This document shows positions 50,780 through 64,000 of a DNA stretch of 64,000 nucleotides, piece by piece. The stretch's first letter is position 1; the number at the start of each line of letters is the position of its first letter. Location: contig JAUGWO010000128.1 of NCBI GenBank assembly GCA_049724395.1, positions 248,001-312,000 on the forward strand, given 5' to 3'. This stretch comes from Spongospora subterranea f. sp. subterranea (lineage: Eukaryota). The notes under the pieces are model-generated. The model searched no databases. It had not been told where the DNA came from and saw nothing but the letters and a program-made list of their open reading frames with translations. A program made the position numbers and the translations under genes.

Positions 50780-53700
50780 ATGCACCTGACCAAACGAACA
50801 AAGGTACCTGGGGCGCCAGTCAAGAAATACACATTATCTGACCGGATATTGCGAGATATCGCCAATATCATCGCACATTGTCAGACGTCGGCGCTGCGTG
50901 TCGTGTTGCGCCAGGATCGGTTCCCCAACCTTGCCGAACTCTGCCGCCTGGACATCGTCGACGACGACGCCGACGAGCTGGTCGGTTTCGTTGTGAATAC
51001 GGCGGCGGAATGTCGGGCAAGTGTGGATCGGTCCTCATTCAGCGCGCTGTTCCAGCGCCTTCCCCTGGATCGCCGGTCGTCCCATCTGGATCGTACCGCT
51101 GAGCAATATGGCCGACAGCCCAATCCCTTCATGATCCCGTTTCTGCTGATCATGCACGATTCCTGTCCGAACGCCCCGAAACCGGCGGTCCTTGAGTATT
51201 TCACGAGCGCCATCCGACTCATCCTATCGCACATGGAGCCGGATTTCAACGCCCAGCTGCAGTTGGTCCTGGCCCACGTCGCCAGTTTTGTCCAACAACA
51301 CGCGCCGACGATCGCCGATCGTGATCTCGCCGATTTCGCAGGCTCGAGCATCGTCCCGATCATCGCCGATATTCTGGTCGATAAGGAGGCGATGTTGCTA
51401 TCGGGTTCCGTATTCGCATCGGTCGTCCTATCCACCTCCCCATCGTCCATCTTATCTGTCGCCGAGCAGTTGTCGCTCAGCCCGCCCGCGCCTCTGTCGT
51501 CCTTCAACGACGCCGTACTCTCTGGTCAAGGATCGTGTGCGGTTCTCGCTGCGATCATCGATCAGATCGACCCCGAGTCGTTATCGCATCCAGCAATCGT
51601 CGCGTCCGCCCTTCCCCGCGTCCTGGAATTCTGTTATTACAGCGACCCGACCCTGCGCGTCATCGCGCTCACAGCGTTGAGCAGATACTTCCACCGAATA
51701 TCGCTGGAGCAATCGATAGGCGGCGACGACTCAGTGAGGGCGATGACCAATGCGATCATTGACGCCATCCTGGATATGTGGGATCGCGCGCTCCACCAAT
51801 CGGAACGGATTGTCAAACAGATCCTGCTATCGTACTGTAAACTGGTCCAGTTTCACGACGCCGAGACATGTCTGTCGATGGTGATGGCGAAATATCGCTC
51901 GATCGGCCACAAATCTCGTAGTAAATGGTAAACGGTTTCTGCTGTCGGCGTTGGCCCAACTGTCACTCAAAATCCGTCGTTATCGTTAGGCAATTGCTCA
52001 CTCTAATCGTGGACTGTTTCGATATTTCCACGACATCGAAGGCGGGTCTGATATCAGAACTGTTGAGCACAGCGGGAAATGCCCAAGTCTGGTCGATCAC
52101 CCGATCCGTCCTGAACACGCTCCTCCGTCAACTGCATGATTCGTTGACGCCCTCCGAGTTCACCGCGATCTGGTTATCGCCCTTATGCGATGTCCTGGTC
52201 CAATCCACGAACGCGTTAGTGCTGGACCATTTGAACGCCGATATCGTCCCCGACCTGATCCGCCTGCAATCGTCGGCCTATCCCGACCTGATCGAGTCGC
52301 TCCGGGCGGCGTCGCCGTCCTGCATCAGAGACCTGGCCATGATTCGCATCTCGTCCAGCGCCAGACAAGCTGGAACACCGTTCGCTGCGATCACCAGCGT
52401 ATTCAACGAGCTCCAATCGTCACTACAACATCAACAAGAACCCGTTCGTATCTGCGCCCTGTCCTTAGTGTGTTCAGGTATTTACTGATGAGATCGGTGT
52501 GTTGTCTGCATTGGACAACTCACCCGTGTGTGTCTGTAGCGCCACAGAAAGCCGAGATGCCATCCGCATTGGAATGCGATCTGGTCGCTGATTGCATCCC
52601 CTCGTTCAGAAATGTCACGTGTTCGGCCATTCGCCATAAACTCGATCGCAATCTCCAGGTCTTCCTGTCGCGGATCAGCCTGGGGTCTACGCGAGTATTC
52701 AAATCCTGTCGATCTCCTTGTACGTCGCCCTTCATCGACAACGTCGTCGTCCCATCGTCTCTACATGTTCCATACGAGTCTGTTCATTTCCGCAATAATT
52801 CAACCTCCATCGCCTCATAATGATTCCATCAGATTTGTTCGTCGTTTTTTCTCGAGGACGCTATCGAACATATTCCCGGGCGCCTCCGTTGATCGTCTGT
52901 TGACCAACCTACAGCTGCTCTATATTGTCACCGATATCTGGCCGGATTGGCGCGACCCGAACGCCGTCGACGCTGTGCTGTCGGCGGCAGTGTCCTCCTG
53001 GGAGAATGTACGAGCGGCGGCGAACGCCGTCCTGGAGAAGGTCGTTCAATCATCCCATATCCTCCCTGGATATAGTGCACCTCAACATATCGAGCCATTA
53101 TTTGATTGGGCGCTTCACCTGGTCTGCTCTCCACGCCCATCGTAATCGCTTTGGTCAACGGTTTTCCGAAGTCTGTTCGTTTGAATGTTGTTGCGATATA
53201 GTCGCGCCAATTCCGGCGCCGATCTGATCGGATTCCTGTTCAACGCGTACGTTGTTGGGCAACGCTGGCGAGTTGCGTTCGATAACGACAGGGTTCGAAT
53301 AGCGGATCACGATCATTGCGAAGAGTCATCGTCGGGGATGGATTTCCTATCCCGTTTGTTGGCCCTTTTGCGCGATCGTGTTGGTCTGATCGAGCAGAGT
53401 TCGATCGCCGACCGATATCGATCCGAGAGTCACCGGGTTCATGGATTGATGACCAGTATCGCCAATATCGTCAATCAGCAGGGATTCCATACACGTAATA
53501 CGCCATCACCTTCATCAACAGATCGTCATCTGACGCCCGGTCTTGACAGATATCGGTCCACACGTCGCGAGCGATTTGGTGACGGTGGTCAAGAGGGTTA
53601 TCGATGTGTCAATGGAGGTTCACGCTAAGGGAATCAGGCCTGCATTGGGATCTTATTCAGGTTTTTGCTCATGTATATTCTACCGTTTTTGGCCGTTCAT

Positions 53701-56700
53701 TATCTCGTTTTCTCACAGGTGCAATCGATTGATTGTCGTGGGCACGTGATTCTCGATGAATCGTTCTCGGTATTTCACCAGAGATCGCCCCCCGCTCTGG
53801 TCATCGTTAATATCGTCGTTTGGTGTGTGTTTAGGCAGACAGCGCCCAATTACTGGTGATCTGCAGCTGGCATGCGATCAAAGAGGGGGCCAATCTGATC
53901 GCGACCTTGGTCAGGTCCGGTTTGCTGGATCTGGTCTCGATCCAGTCGTTGGGCCTGTATTTCCTCCACATTCTGCAACTGTGTAAACACCAAGGGATCC
54001 TGATGAACATGTATCTGTCGTTCCAGATCCTGTGTCAATCTGCCCCGATTGGAACCGTTTCCTCATGGCTCGATAAGCTCATCGATGATCTGAATATCGG
54101 GGATGGATCACAATGGATCCGGCGTAGCGCTGGAATACCGTTCTGTTTTCAAGCCATTTTATATTCGGAGCGAAAACGGAAATCAAAGTACGTTGGCACA
54201 TGTTCATAGGTGTTTTCGTCATCGTTTAAATTTTGGTGCTGTTATCGTAGAGAGATTCCTTTGTCGGACAATGGATCTGCTGTTGAAGATTAGTGGCGAT
54301 ATGGAATCGTCTTGGTCTGTCCGTGTTCATGCACTGAATATCGTCCGGGTTCTGGTCAACGATAGTGAGCTTAACTCGGGAATCTGCCAATACCTATCAC
54401 GAGCAATGCTGATTGCAATATCAGGTAAACCGGCAACGATCCACTCATTAGGGATTGACGACCTGACCAGGGTTTTCTTGTGAACAATGGGCTGTTCGCA
54501 ATTCTTCACTAATGCTGTTCGCTGCCCTCGTTCGTCTCTCCTGCCCATCTTCGATCACCGCCCGGCAATTCTTTACAGCATATCCCGATCTGCATCCATT
54601 CTTTCTATCCCAGCTTGATCTCATTGCGAATTCGTCGTCGACGTCGGATCAATTGCATCCTAGGTCTCGTAGCCGCATTATTTCCGAATCAAAATCCAAT
54701 TACATCTAATCATGTGCTGCTGTCCAACAGTGTATATCCGATTTTGTTGATCATGTCCCGGTTATCAACGTGTTCTTCCTCAACCGATGTCGTGTCGCCA
54801 TTCCTCCCTTACATCGCCCATTACACTTCCCATCCTGTATATATCATCAGGTATTGTAATGGATAGCTTGCCACCGCCTCCCCCCCTTCGTTCGCCCTGT
54901 CTTATATCGATATTATAGGGAACAGGCCGGTAAATCTCTATCCTGCGTTCATCCAGATTTACGATCGTATGCCCAGCACTTGGCGTTGAACAGTTTACCA
55001 TCATCCGATCAGTTCACATCAATATCCCATAATACTCTTCATGGTGTCTTGATCCAGTTGCACCACATCTCTTCTCGTATTGCTGGTACGTTTCATCGCC
55101 ATTCCCATATCCCACAACATCATGATCCTGTCCATTACTCCCAGATCTAGCACTAGATCCTGTCCTAATCGCCTCCAGATTATATCTAGCTGGGCCTTTT
55201 GTCAAATCTCATGTCGTCCGTCGCGCCGCTCTAGCTGTGTTTCAGAACCTGATACCTTCTTCAGCCGCATCGTCCAACGCATCATTGTTGATCCAATACG
55301 CATTAGAGATCTGTATGGATAAGGTATTGTCTGCGATATCTGTTCCCCCCGGTCCTGGCCATATTCATTCTGCACAGGGATCTGGTGATTTTAATGGAAT
55401 CGGATATAACCAGATGCGCGAAACTGCTGCCGAACTGATCGTCAAATGGAATCATCTAATATGTGAACCAGATAGGCAATCAGCGTTAATATCATCATTC
55501 AGGACGGTAAGGTCACGTCAAACATCGTTCCTGTCAACTAACTGCACTGTCGGTACAGTTTCCTTCGTGTTGCACATTGATAACATCGTCGTCAATCCCC
55601 ATCTCGTATATCGTCAGTCTCTGCTCGTCATGTGCTGATCTGCCCATATCGGATATCATTCCCATGATCGAGCTCATCTATTCCCGTGATTCGTATCTGT
55701 ATGATCTCACTCTTGATCAGGTATTGCCCAATCTTTCATTGTTTTACCCCGACAGCGAGTAATTCTGACCATGGTCGATGTTTTAGCGAGATGCAATTAG
55801 GGATATTGCTGGGTTATCAACGGATCCATGCAGTATTCGCCTTTATGGGTATATGCAATCTAGATATCCATGCCCATCTTTCTTGAATACGATTTCGCGT
55901 GGAGCTGATTCTGCTCAAGAACCAGATATTCGCCACGCTGCTTGTCAAGGTCACTTCTCATATCGGGATTGTTGAGATTGCCTTCTGATTTCGATGATTG
56001 TCCAACAGCGATCGTTTCTGCTGGTATTGCAGGATATACAGGGGCCAACGAGATAGGTCTGTATTGGACTACAGCCATTAAGCTAATATTGTCGGCGCCC
56101 GCGCTTAAATCCTCATATTTCATGGCCAGTGATTGTTATGTGATTGCTTAGGGATAATGACGATATGATCCGTTCCCTGGCGTTATCGTTAATACCATCA
56201 TCTGCACGTTATGCGGCGACACCTATACATCGTCTGTTCCTCTACTTCGCCCATCAGTATTCTGATCGGCATCATCTTCACCAACCCTTATGGAACATGC
56301 TCATCACCATCATCAACCAGTATTCACATGGTCCGGATACGCTCGGGCTGTTCGAGCCCGATAAAGACAATGACCATATCGAGAATATTCTATTAGCACA
56401 ACTGATCTGCTCCCTCATCAAGGTTCATTGATTTCAACGAACTCATGTCGCATCGATTATTGAACCGATCCGCATTTTCCTAGGATTCCATGAGTTCCGT
56501 CCACAAACAATCTCTGGCGAAACAAGCGACGATTGAGTTATCGGCACTGGTATCAAGTAATACCCGGGCGTTATCCAGTGATCTGCCATTATCGGATGGG
56601 CTGATCGAGGCGATGTTCATATCGATGATTGCGGTTATTGCTGTTGGTGGCGAAATCGGTGCGGTGCTAAGCGATATCATCCCATCCCTCTGTAAATATC

Positions 56701-56762
56701 CAATCCTCAATCACGCCATTAATCACAACTATCTATTTCTATTGGGTCGGTCTTTAAATTAA
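50780..56762 (+). CDS. THADA: THADA/Trm732 (DUF2428) HEAT-repeat tRNA 2'-O-methylation cofactor
   Basis: SWENVRAAA, LVCSPR, IDCRGH, VCWHAIKE, LQLCKHQG, WIRRSAGIPFCFQAIL, VRVHALNIVRVL, GFSCEQWAVRNSSLMLFAAL, TARQFFTAYPDLHPFF, LHPSVYPILLIMSRL and LFEPDKDN. Many introns; start and 3' exons approximate. Confidence 0.88.
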
Positions 56763-56894
56763 ACTGCCAGAACTTCATTGTTTTTCATAACAATATCTCT
56801 CGTAAATTTTGCTGTCGCTGCATGATTATAGTTGGTGTCAGTTATCGACAATGGCATCGTGTACTCCTTGCTATCCAGTGCGTATGGCGAATCG

Positions 56895-59800
56895 CTATCC
56901 CGAGGGTTTATTTTCAGGTATTAGTGACGATGATCGTAAAAGATCATCAATTAATCCAACGGCGTCTTCCAGTTTCGATTTGATCGACCTTCTCTTGCTA
57001 TAATCGCCTTGATCTGATCGATGCATATCAGGGTTTAGACCTTGGACCTCTATAGAATGGCGGTATTCATCCATCTCAACTTCAATATGATCATTATCAC
57101 CGACCTTCTCCTATCTCAACTGCCCGATTGTTTCTCGTGTCGAATTCGGATTGCGTGTTGACCTGGTGTTGATCGTGTTCCTTCTGATTGGCGATCCTGG
57201 TCTCGATCCGGTTCAGCATCTCCTCCAGATGCGAGTAATCTGGAACCTTGATCTTGGACAGTTCCCGATCGACATGCTCATCGATATTGTAATCCATCTT
57301 CAACGTCGCCTGTTCCAATCATCCAATACTGTGAATCCCCCCCAAACACCAAACATGCGGAAACATTCCCAAAACCTGATCGATGTTCATATCAATGATA
57401 TCGAATTCTTGTCGAAGGCGATCCGATATGCTCTGCACTTTCGCTATTCTCGTGTCAAATTCCTCGAGATCATTTCGAATCAGATCCTCATCTGGTATTA
57501 TTGGATCCTCTCCTATAGTGGTGAGCTATTCAGCGATCGTTTTCAACGCGGGATGTCCGAACCTGTCTTGAACGACTCGGGAACAACGAGATCGGTGACC
57601 GACAACGTGTATCCGGCGAACTCGTCGTCTACGAGCTGTTCGGGCGGCTGGGAATCGGTCGATGGATCGTGGGTGAGATCACAGACCGATAGGAACCGGC
57701 TCGTGACGGGATGATCCAGCACGATATGGGCAGGAACGGCAGAAGGAACGGGATGATCATATTGACCAGCGACAGACGGGTTCAGGATCGATATCAGACC
57801 GCTGCGATATCCAATGATCCCGTTGCTGTTCGTCAACAGGAACTGTTTTCGAATGTGTTCGAGGTGTTTCGCGCTCTTCAACGCCAGTTCCTGTTCGTCT
57901 TCGCCGGTTAATTGCACATGATCTTGAGCGAATAATGAACGAGTTCCGGCGATCGTGTTTGGGGGGTTTACATTGGATGGGAATGGTCGAAAAGAGGGCG
58001 TCCGATGGGCTGTGAACAATGGACGATCGCATTGGATATGATGGAGTAGATCGCAATCACGATCGGGATCGGATCTGATCATATCGTCATGATCGTGAAG
58101 GTCAAGAAGCCACGAGCTCATCTGTAATGAGAAAGGGATCTGATCGGGATGTGAATATCACATGCCAATGGGCGGTTAACGGTAATTGTACCTGTTTAGG
58201 ATGATCTGGGGTCGACCCGACGCTAATCGCGTCGTCTTCATGATGACCCTCTAACGCGACACAAACAGCCTTATCCACGCAGGTCATGACGATATGATCG
58301 CATATATCAATGACCAGCTGGTCGGCCATCGATATCTCTTCCTGAACCGGTCCAGTATGATCCCCATTAGTTGAACCCGTCGTCACCAGATCATCATCGT
58401 CGTCACGATGATCCCTTTCCCCATCCGCTCTCGTCACCGTCTCGATCCGATCACGATCATCCGATCCGTTCTGGTTCGCCCCGTCGCTCATCTCGATCGT
58501 ATCGCCATCCCCTGATCCCCCATCACCCATCTCCTTGTTTCCCTCCTGTTCTCCCTTCTGATCAGCGATCTCCTCCTTGTCCACCCTCTCCTCCATCACG
58601 ACCATCTGCATCGTTATCCCAATATCCCCCTTCTCCCCATATTCCCTCCGTCCCTGTTCCACTTGAGTCCCGATCGATACCGCTTGTGATCTCTCTTTCT
58701 CTCGCGATATCGACGTGTCCAACAACTGTGGTGATTTGTTGCTCGTTCCTTTCCCAGTCTGTAATAAACGGATCGGTTTAGGACCAGAACCAGCCAATAT
58801 CGGTAATATTCGCAATCGTCGCCCTGTACGATTCTCCTTCGTCGACGACACTCGATAGATTTTGTGTTTAGAATGTGAATCAGTATTGGACGCCGTTTTA
58901 GATCCAGATGACCAAACCGATTTGGATTTCGACTGATCCGATCGTCCTGAGGTGAATGATGACCATAAACCTGTTGATCTGGCCCTGGTTTGTGGCGATG
59001 GTTCTTGAGGCGAAATACGGTCAGATTGGTTGAGGGAAATCGGTGGAAATGTTGGGGGACTTGAGGCAGGAGCAGGGTCCAGATGACGATCGGATCGCAG
59101 GTGAAGGAGATCGAGTAGATGGGATGGCGTTAGATGGGATGATAACATCGACAGGATATCGCCTTTCGATAATACGCGATTGGCGTGGGCCAATAGATTC
59201 GGATCGGGGAGATCAGAACTGGGAACAGGAACAACATTGGGAACACGAGCGGGAATAGGGACAGGATCGGGAACAGGGTCGGGAACAGGATCGCGATTGT
59301 GTTCAGGGACAGGATCGCGAACAGGTTCAGGGACAGGATCGCGAACAGGTTCCGGGACAGGATCGCGAACAGGTTCAGGGACAGGATCGGGAACAGGATC
59401 GGGAACAGGATCATATTCCGTGATTATAACTCGATCGGGATGGGAATGACCATGGGATATGTGGTTGACCCGATCATGGCCCTGTTCAACATGATCACGA
59501 TCACCTTCCCCGATAATCGCCCGATCACGATCCGGTTCCTCTGTGTCGATATTGGCCTCTTCCTCCTTCCCCTTCACCTCATCGTCTTTATCAATCTGTT
59601 CCTCCTCCCATATCTGACACCACTCCTTAATCCGGTCGATTCCTTTCGAGAACTGATCCCTTTTCAAAACCGTCTCGACCGGCTCGTTCCTCCGCTAATC
59701 GATATTGTCGGTCGACCTGGTCGGCATCGTCTTCCGAGAACCAGCGATCCGAGTCCCGGTCCTGATCGCGAGTCAGGGTGACGTTCGCACGAGCCAGCGC

Positions 59801-62708
59801 CGAACTGAATCGCGACGATAACGATTGCAGAATGGAACGGGACGATATTCGACTGGATATCCATTGGAAATCGCCCGAGAACGGTTCACACTTATCGAGG
59901 AAATGGATCATCAGCTCCTGAACATGATGAACCGATATCCATTTCATATTTGGGGTCAATTCCCATAGACGAAGGGCGTTCAGTAGACCTGTTGATGGAG
60001 GCGCGTCCTGGCCGATCTGATCGGCAATATGGAGCGCCCAGACGTATTGACGACATTGATCGAATAAGGTGCGGTCGATCGAAAATCGGAGGCGATTGGC
60101 GATCGAGACGATTCGCGATAGGAGGGCGCGGGGCGCTGATAACGACGATGATAACGAGGGGAGGAAGCGCAGATGGCGACACTTGAGCCAGACCGATAGC
60201 TGATCGATCCAGGAACGGATGGCGTTAGCGCCGAATTCGGGATAGAATGGGAGAAGATCCAGAAGCGACTGAGCGTCGTGATGAGCTGTAACACGATTAG
60301 CGTAGGATTCGACAACGGCGTCGATATGATGATGATGGGCGATCGCCGCCGATAATCCAGGAGCATCCAAGGAGGATAAGTGGATAGCGTCGTGAACACG
60401 ACCGGATCTGATCAGGTTCATCAGGCAATGGTCGCGAGTCCATAGTAGCGCCATGGCCGGGGGTAAGCGGGAGGCGGCCAGGCGAACGGCCGGCGATGAG
60501 ATCGTGACGAGGGAAGCAGACGGCGATGGGAACAGGATCGCGATCGGCGACGGGATCGAGATCCGGGGCGATGGGGCGCCGGCGAATACCTGGTACATGA
60601 ACAGGGCGAGATCGGCGGATAGGAGGGCGGGATGGGACGACGATAGCGATAGGGCCGAGAGGAGATCATAACGGAGGAGGAATAACGAGAACTGGACGCG
60701 GATCGCGACGGATTCGGGGACGGAAGGGGTCCGGGCAGATATTAACGAGGAACAGGATTCCAGGTCGTCGCCCAAATATAACTCGAGGAACTTGTCGAGA
60801 AACGGGTCGATATCGATATCGTGAACGGTTAATGTGTTGCTCCCGTTTTCATGACGATCTGGTTCATGAATCATGACACATTCATATTCTGGTGCCGAGC
60901 CCGATAGCTGAACCCAGAGAGAATTCAGTCGCAACGGGAACGGTAATGATAATGATCGTGAGAATTGCTGTTCATGTTCTGATCGATAAGCGTCATTCCT
61001 GGAGAAAATCAGTTCGTCTCTCCAGAATCGTTCTGATCGAATCAATGACGATAAACGGGTCTCGACCATGACCATGGCTTGTATTGAATCCAATGAGGGC
61101 CCGGCGATGTTCATATTGGAGAGATGGGCGGAAATACCGACGATGAGTTGATGAAGATGAACAGAATTGGGGGACCATTGGTGGGAATCGATAGAGGATA
61201 GTAACGCCGCCAACGATGAACAATCAGGAGGGAGCTCTGAAGAGATCGTGGTCTGAAGGGAGAACGCCAACAACGAATAGCCATTGGATATGACGAGCTG
61301 ATTCAGTCGAGGGTGAAACGACAACGACGGCTTACTCGATAAGGGATCGCGATCGGATGGGAATGATAAAGGGAGGTAGGAGCTGGGCTGGGACAGAGCG
61401 CCCGATGGATACCCGTTGGCGATGACGGTGAATGGCGAACAGGAGCACGGGTTGATGAAGGCGATATCATAACACGACGATAGAACACCGATCGATAGAC
61501 CATCGTGGGCCCAATCGATCGATACGATCGCGATCCCCGACCCACGAGGGAATATGCGATTGCCCAACGCGATCCGGCGGTTGAGGCCGGATTCCCCGAT
61601 CACCATCAAGGAGGCGCATTCCTTAGCGGACGATGGATTGCAGACGAGGGCTAATCGGGACAGATCCGGATCCCATTTGAAGACGGTGGATCGAACAGAT
61701 GAAAGGAACCCGATCGCGTCCGGCGCAATTGTATGGTCGAATGGCAACTGCATCGTAGCGCCAGCGCGGGTGTGATGAGAGGAGTTGACGGCGATGAAGC
61801 GACGAGCGATGTGGATGGCGCCGATCGCTGATGGCGATGATGAGCTGGAGAATTCCCCCGAATACACCTGATTGACCCACCATCCGCTGCCAACGTGGCG
61901 ATTGGTCAGGGCGAACTCGAACATGACCGAATTGGATGGCGATAGCGTGTTGTGAATTCTGGACCATCGGCACGACGTCGTGTTGTCGATCTCAATAAAG
62001 TGATTGTGAAAACGGAAGTTGGTGTGACAGATCCAGAGAACGCCACTTCTCATGTGAAGTATTATCGACTGAGCGTTATCGGCGATCGATATTTGATCGT
62101 ATTCTGCGAATAGTTTTCACAAATCAAACGCGGTTTCTCCTTGATCGAATTCTGAATTACCGAGTTCAGCTTTGGGCGGATAGGAGAAGACGGAGGCGCG
62201 GGCGTCGGATTGCCTTCTAGTGATCGCTGAGAATTCAGGTGGACCGGCAACGACCTGACATTCTCCACTAGATGTGCACCAGACCAATAAATCGCTATTA
62301 TGAAGTGCGGCGATCACCATTGTTCCTGGCAATTTCATAATCAGAAACACGAGGGCGTCAGACGATTGGATTGTTTGACAAACCTGATCGTGAGCAGGAT
62401 CCGGCCGCATAACGGGAACCGAACTGCCGTTCGAAGAAGTTTCGGGGACATTTGTGATTGGCATATAATGGGGCGAATCTGGTGCCTGATGTGGCGTAAT
62501 CTTGTAGTATTATATAGGGATGGGAGATCGATGAGTTGGATGGATCTACGACAGGATCGTCAACCTAATCGATATAAGCAACAGGGATTGGTTGATCTAA
62601 ACATCAACAATACTATTTCATTACATAATGGACAGATGACCAGGGTTTCCTTCGTGGGATCTCGATCGATGTTTGATAGTCGAGACGGAGAATACTGCTG
62701 CTCATCAT
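56895..62708 (-). CDS. CPLANE1: CPLANE1/JBTS17 (C5orf42)-like ciliogenesis protein
   Basis: Spliced N-terminus MMSSSILRLDYQTSIEIPRRKPWSSVHY...VIAALHNSDLLVW...CRWSRI...RLALVCN...IDWAHDGL...SFHPRLNQLVISNGY is collinear with recalled human CPLANE1 (MEIRLEILTSTGIKQKKPWPRVSW...LAGVLTTGELFLW...GRWSQV...TLAVTLN...ISWTHDSL...AHSRLPYLVISDGY). The C-terminal half is low complexity and the end is approximate. Confidence 0.72.
59270..59412 (-). repeat. In-frame 12/24-bp coding repeat (PDPV / PEPVRDPV) within the CPLANE1-like gene
   Basis: Plus-strand units GGGAACAGGATC and GGGACAGGATCGCGAACAGGTTCA repeated; translation DPVPDPVPDPVPEPVRDPVPEPVRDPVPEPVRDPVPEHNRDPVPDPVPDPVP. Confidence 0.9.
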
Positions 62709-63008
62709 GCCATGACCATGAACGGAATGGAAATGACGATAAAATATCGGTGTACGTATCAGAACACAGTCAACAACACACACAGACCTGTGACTACATC
62801 GTCATGAACAATTATTGATCGATAAAAGAGGTTGGAAAAGGGGTAATCACACGCCCAGGAACATCACGAACGACACGAATTAAATAACGGTCCAGGGGAA
62901 ATCTCGACTAACACGGCGGGATATGAACTGAGGACTACAGCAACGCCAACAGATAAACGAGATAGTCAATAAATTATATTAGGCGATGATATACACAATA
63001 GGCTACGA

Positions 63009-64000
63009 TTATCTTTCCAGGCACGCCAGCACGAATGATCGATCCGGACTGGAGCGAAGCGTTCTCAGGTCAAAGAAGGTTTTTAAGTTCTCAATGTCGC
63101 TTCCTAGTGTTCCCGAAGGTGGCGGTAATGATAGCAGAACACTGTTCGCAATGTACTTGAGCAGCTTACGTCCTTGACGGCCATAGAACTTGAAAATGCT
63201 AAACGACGATTTGAAATCAATTGTTAGATGAAAAAAAAACCAAAGTATTGACATAACGAACCTGAATTCCGATATTTGTGAGACCTCAAGGAACATGAGT
63301 AAGCAGGGAGCTATTGTCTTTGAAGGTGGGCTGGAGCAGACAGCGGATAACCAATTCCACGTAAAAACAGTACATGCGTTGTCAGAGCGGTGAAGAAATG
63401 AGCAAAACACACGAAGAAGCGCCCTAGGCATAAACAATTTAAAAAAAAACGGGAAGAGCAGAGGGACACACAGGGGCAGATACCTAAGCGATCCTGCTTG
63501 AGCAATATTGAGTTGTACTTCCGGATCTGCCAATATTAATGACGACGGGGGACACTTGGCAAAAAATCCAGCCATTATGAAGACCGACGATCGGGGCAGC
63601 ACTACGTTCAGCTGTGCCCACAACGCCGAAAACCCAGCAGCAAGATCAGGAGATTGGAAAACCTTGTTCTGGACCTGATACCAGTTAGATTGGACAGATG
63701 AGACGGAAATAACCACGGCCCATACTTGTTTGATGAATGACGACGCCATATTACAGAAATGAACGTCCAGAGACGGTGCACGAGACAGAATCGCTGACAG
63801 ATCGGCGACCTATCCAAATCGTATCAAGTAAGTCACGGTGACTGATACGATAACACAAATCTCACGGTAGCAGCAACGGCTGCCTGATTCGGAACAAATC
63901 TGTTTAGAACTTCGTTGACTTGAAGAAAAAGCTCTTTATCAGGAGAAAACGGAGCGGATTTGACCAGTGCTGCCGTTTGCCTAAACATCTCTGCCCTATT
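63009..64000 (-). CDS. GLE1: GLE1-like mRNA export factor, C-terminal part (5' truncated)
   Basis: FIMAGFFAKCP, TWNWLSAVCSSPP...APCLLMFLEV and YGRQGRKLLKYI resemble the Gle1 C-terminal domain pattern (LA.FHKKCP; W.WLA..LN..P; L..FLE.AG; YG.QF.KLL..I). In-frame intron-like segments are present. Confidence 0.6.

Noticed and set aside
53600..53720. Phase mismatch at a THADA intron before QSIDCRGH
   Set aside because: The obvious CAG/GT donor would need +1, but an upstream phase-0 donor (GAG/GTTCAC) also works. Too ambiguous to count.
59130..59781. Repeat-protein ORFs GTGSRTGS, FRDRIANR and LFAILS
   Set aside because: These are alternative-frame or antisense readings of the PDPV coding repeat in the CPLANE1-like gene.
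50878..61973. Numerous 60-200 aa overlapping ORFs within THADA, CPLANE1-like and dynein
   Set aside because: They are shadow ORFs of GC-rich coding sequence with no recognisable motifs.
62320..62480. Possible +1 shift at CCC-CGA in the CPLANE1-like 5' region
   Set aside because: Staying in the exon-2 frame to TCA G/GTTTGT and splicing to CCAG/GA gives a better-aligned product (CSRSGTMVIAAL).

Overview
Gene-dense eukaryotic nuclear DNA with many short (about 40-90 nt) GT-AG introns, from a compact genome of a flagellated protist. The style resembles a plasmodiophorid/rhizarian, but the sequence alone cannot prove this. Genes, left to right: adenosine deaminase (5' partial), a fumarate-reductase relic, TOPBP1-like multi-BRCT protein, myristoylated EF-hand protein, IAH1-type SGNH esterase (missed by the ORF track), cytoplasmic dynein-2 heavy chain, CCT5, a coiled-coil protein, TMEM107, MAP65/Ase1/PRC1 with a TPR tail, TAF2, a Dpy-30-motif protein, DMXL/Rav1, VPS24/CHMP3, an RluA/C pseudouridine synthase, a pogo-like DDE relic, a foldback element, THADA/Trm732, a CPLANE1/JBTS17-like gene and a GLE1-like gene (5' truncated). 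Main observation: I walked most exon junctions of the recognisable genes by hand. Four frame breaks in three conserved genes (dynein-2 twice, CCT5, RluA) cannot be explained by introns. All four are +1, and all sit on a codon whose tRNA could re-pair one base downstream (TTT-TAA, GGG-GCA, TTT-CGA, AAA-AAA-G), while longer A9/T8 runs nearby are in frame. This suggests pervasive programmed +1 ribosomal frameshifting. Homopolymer assembly error is the alternative that must be excluded.
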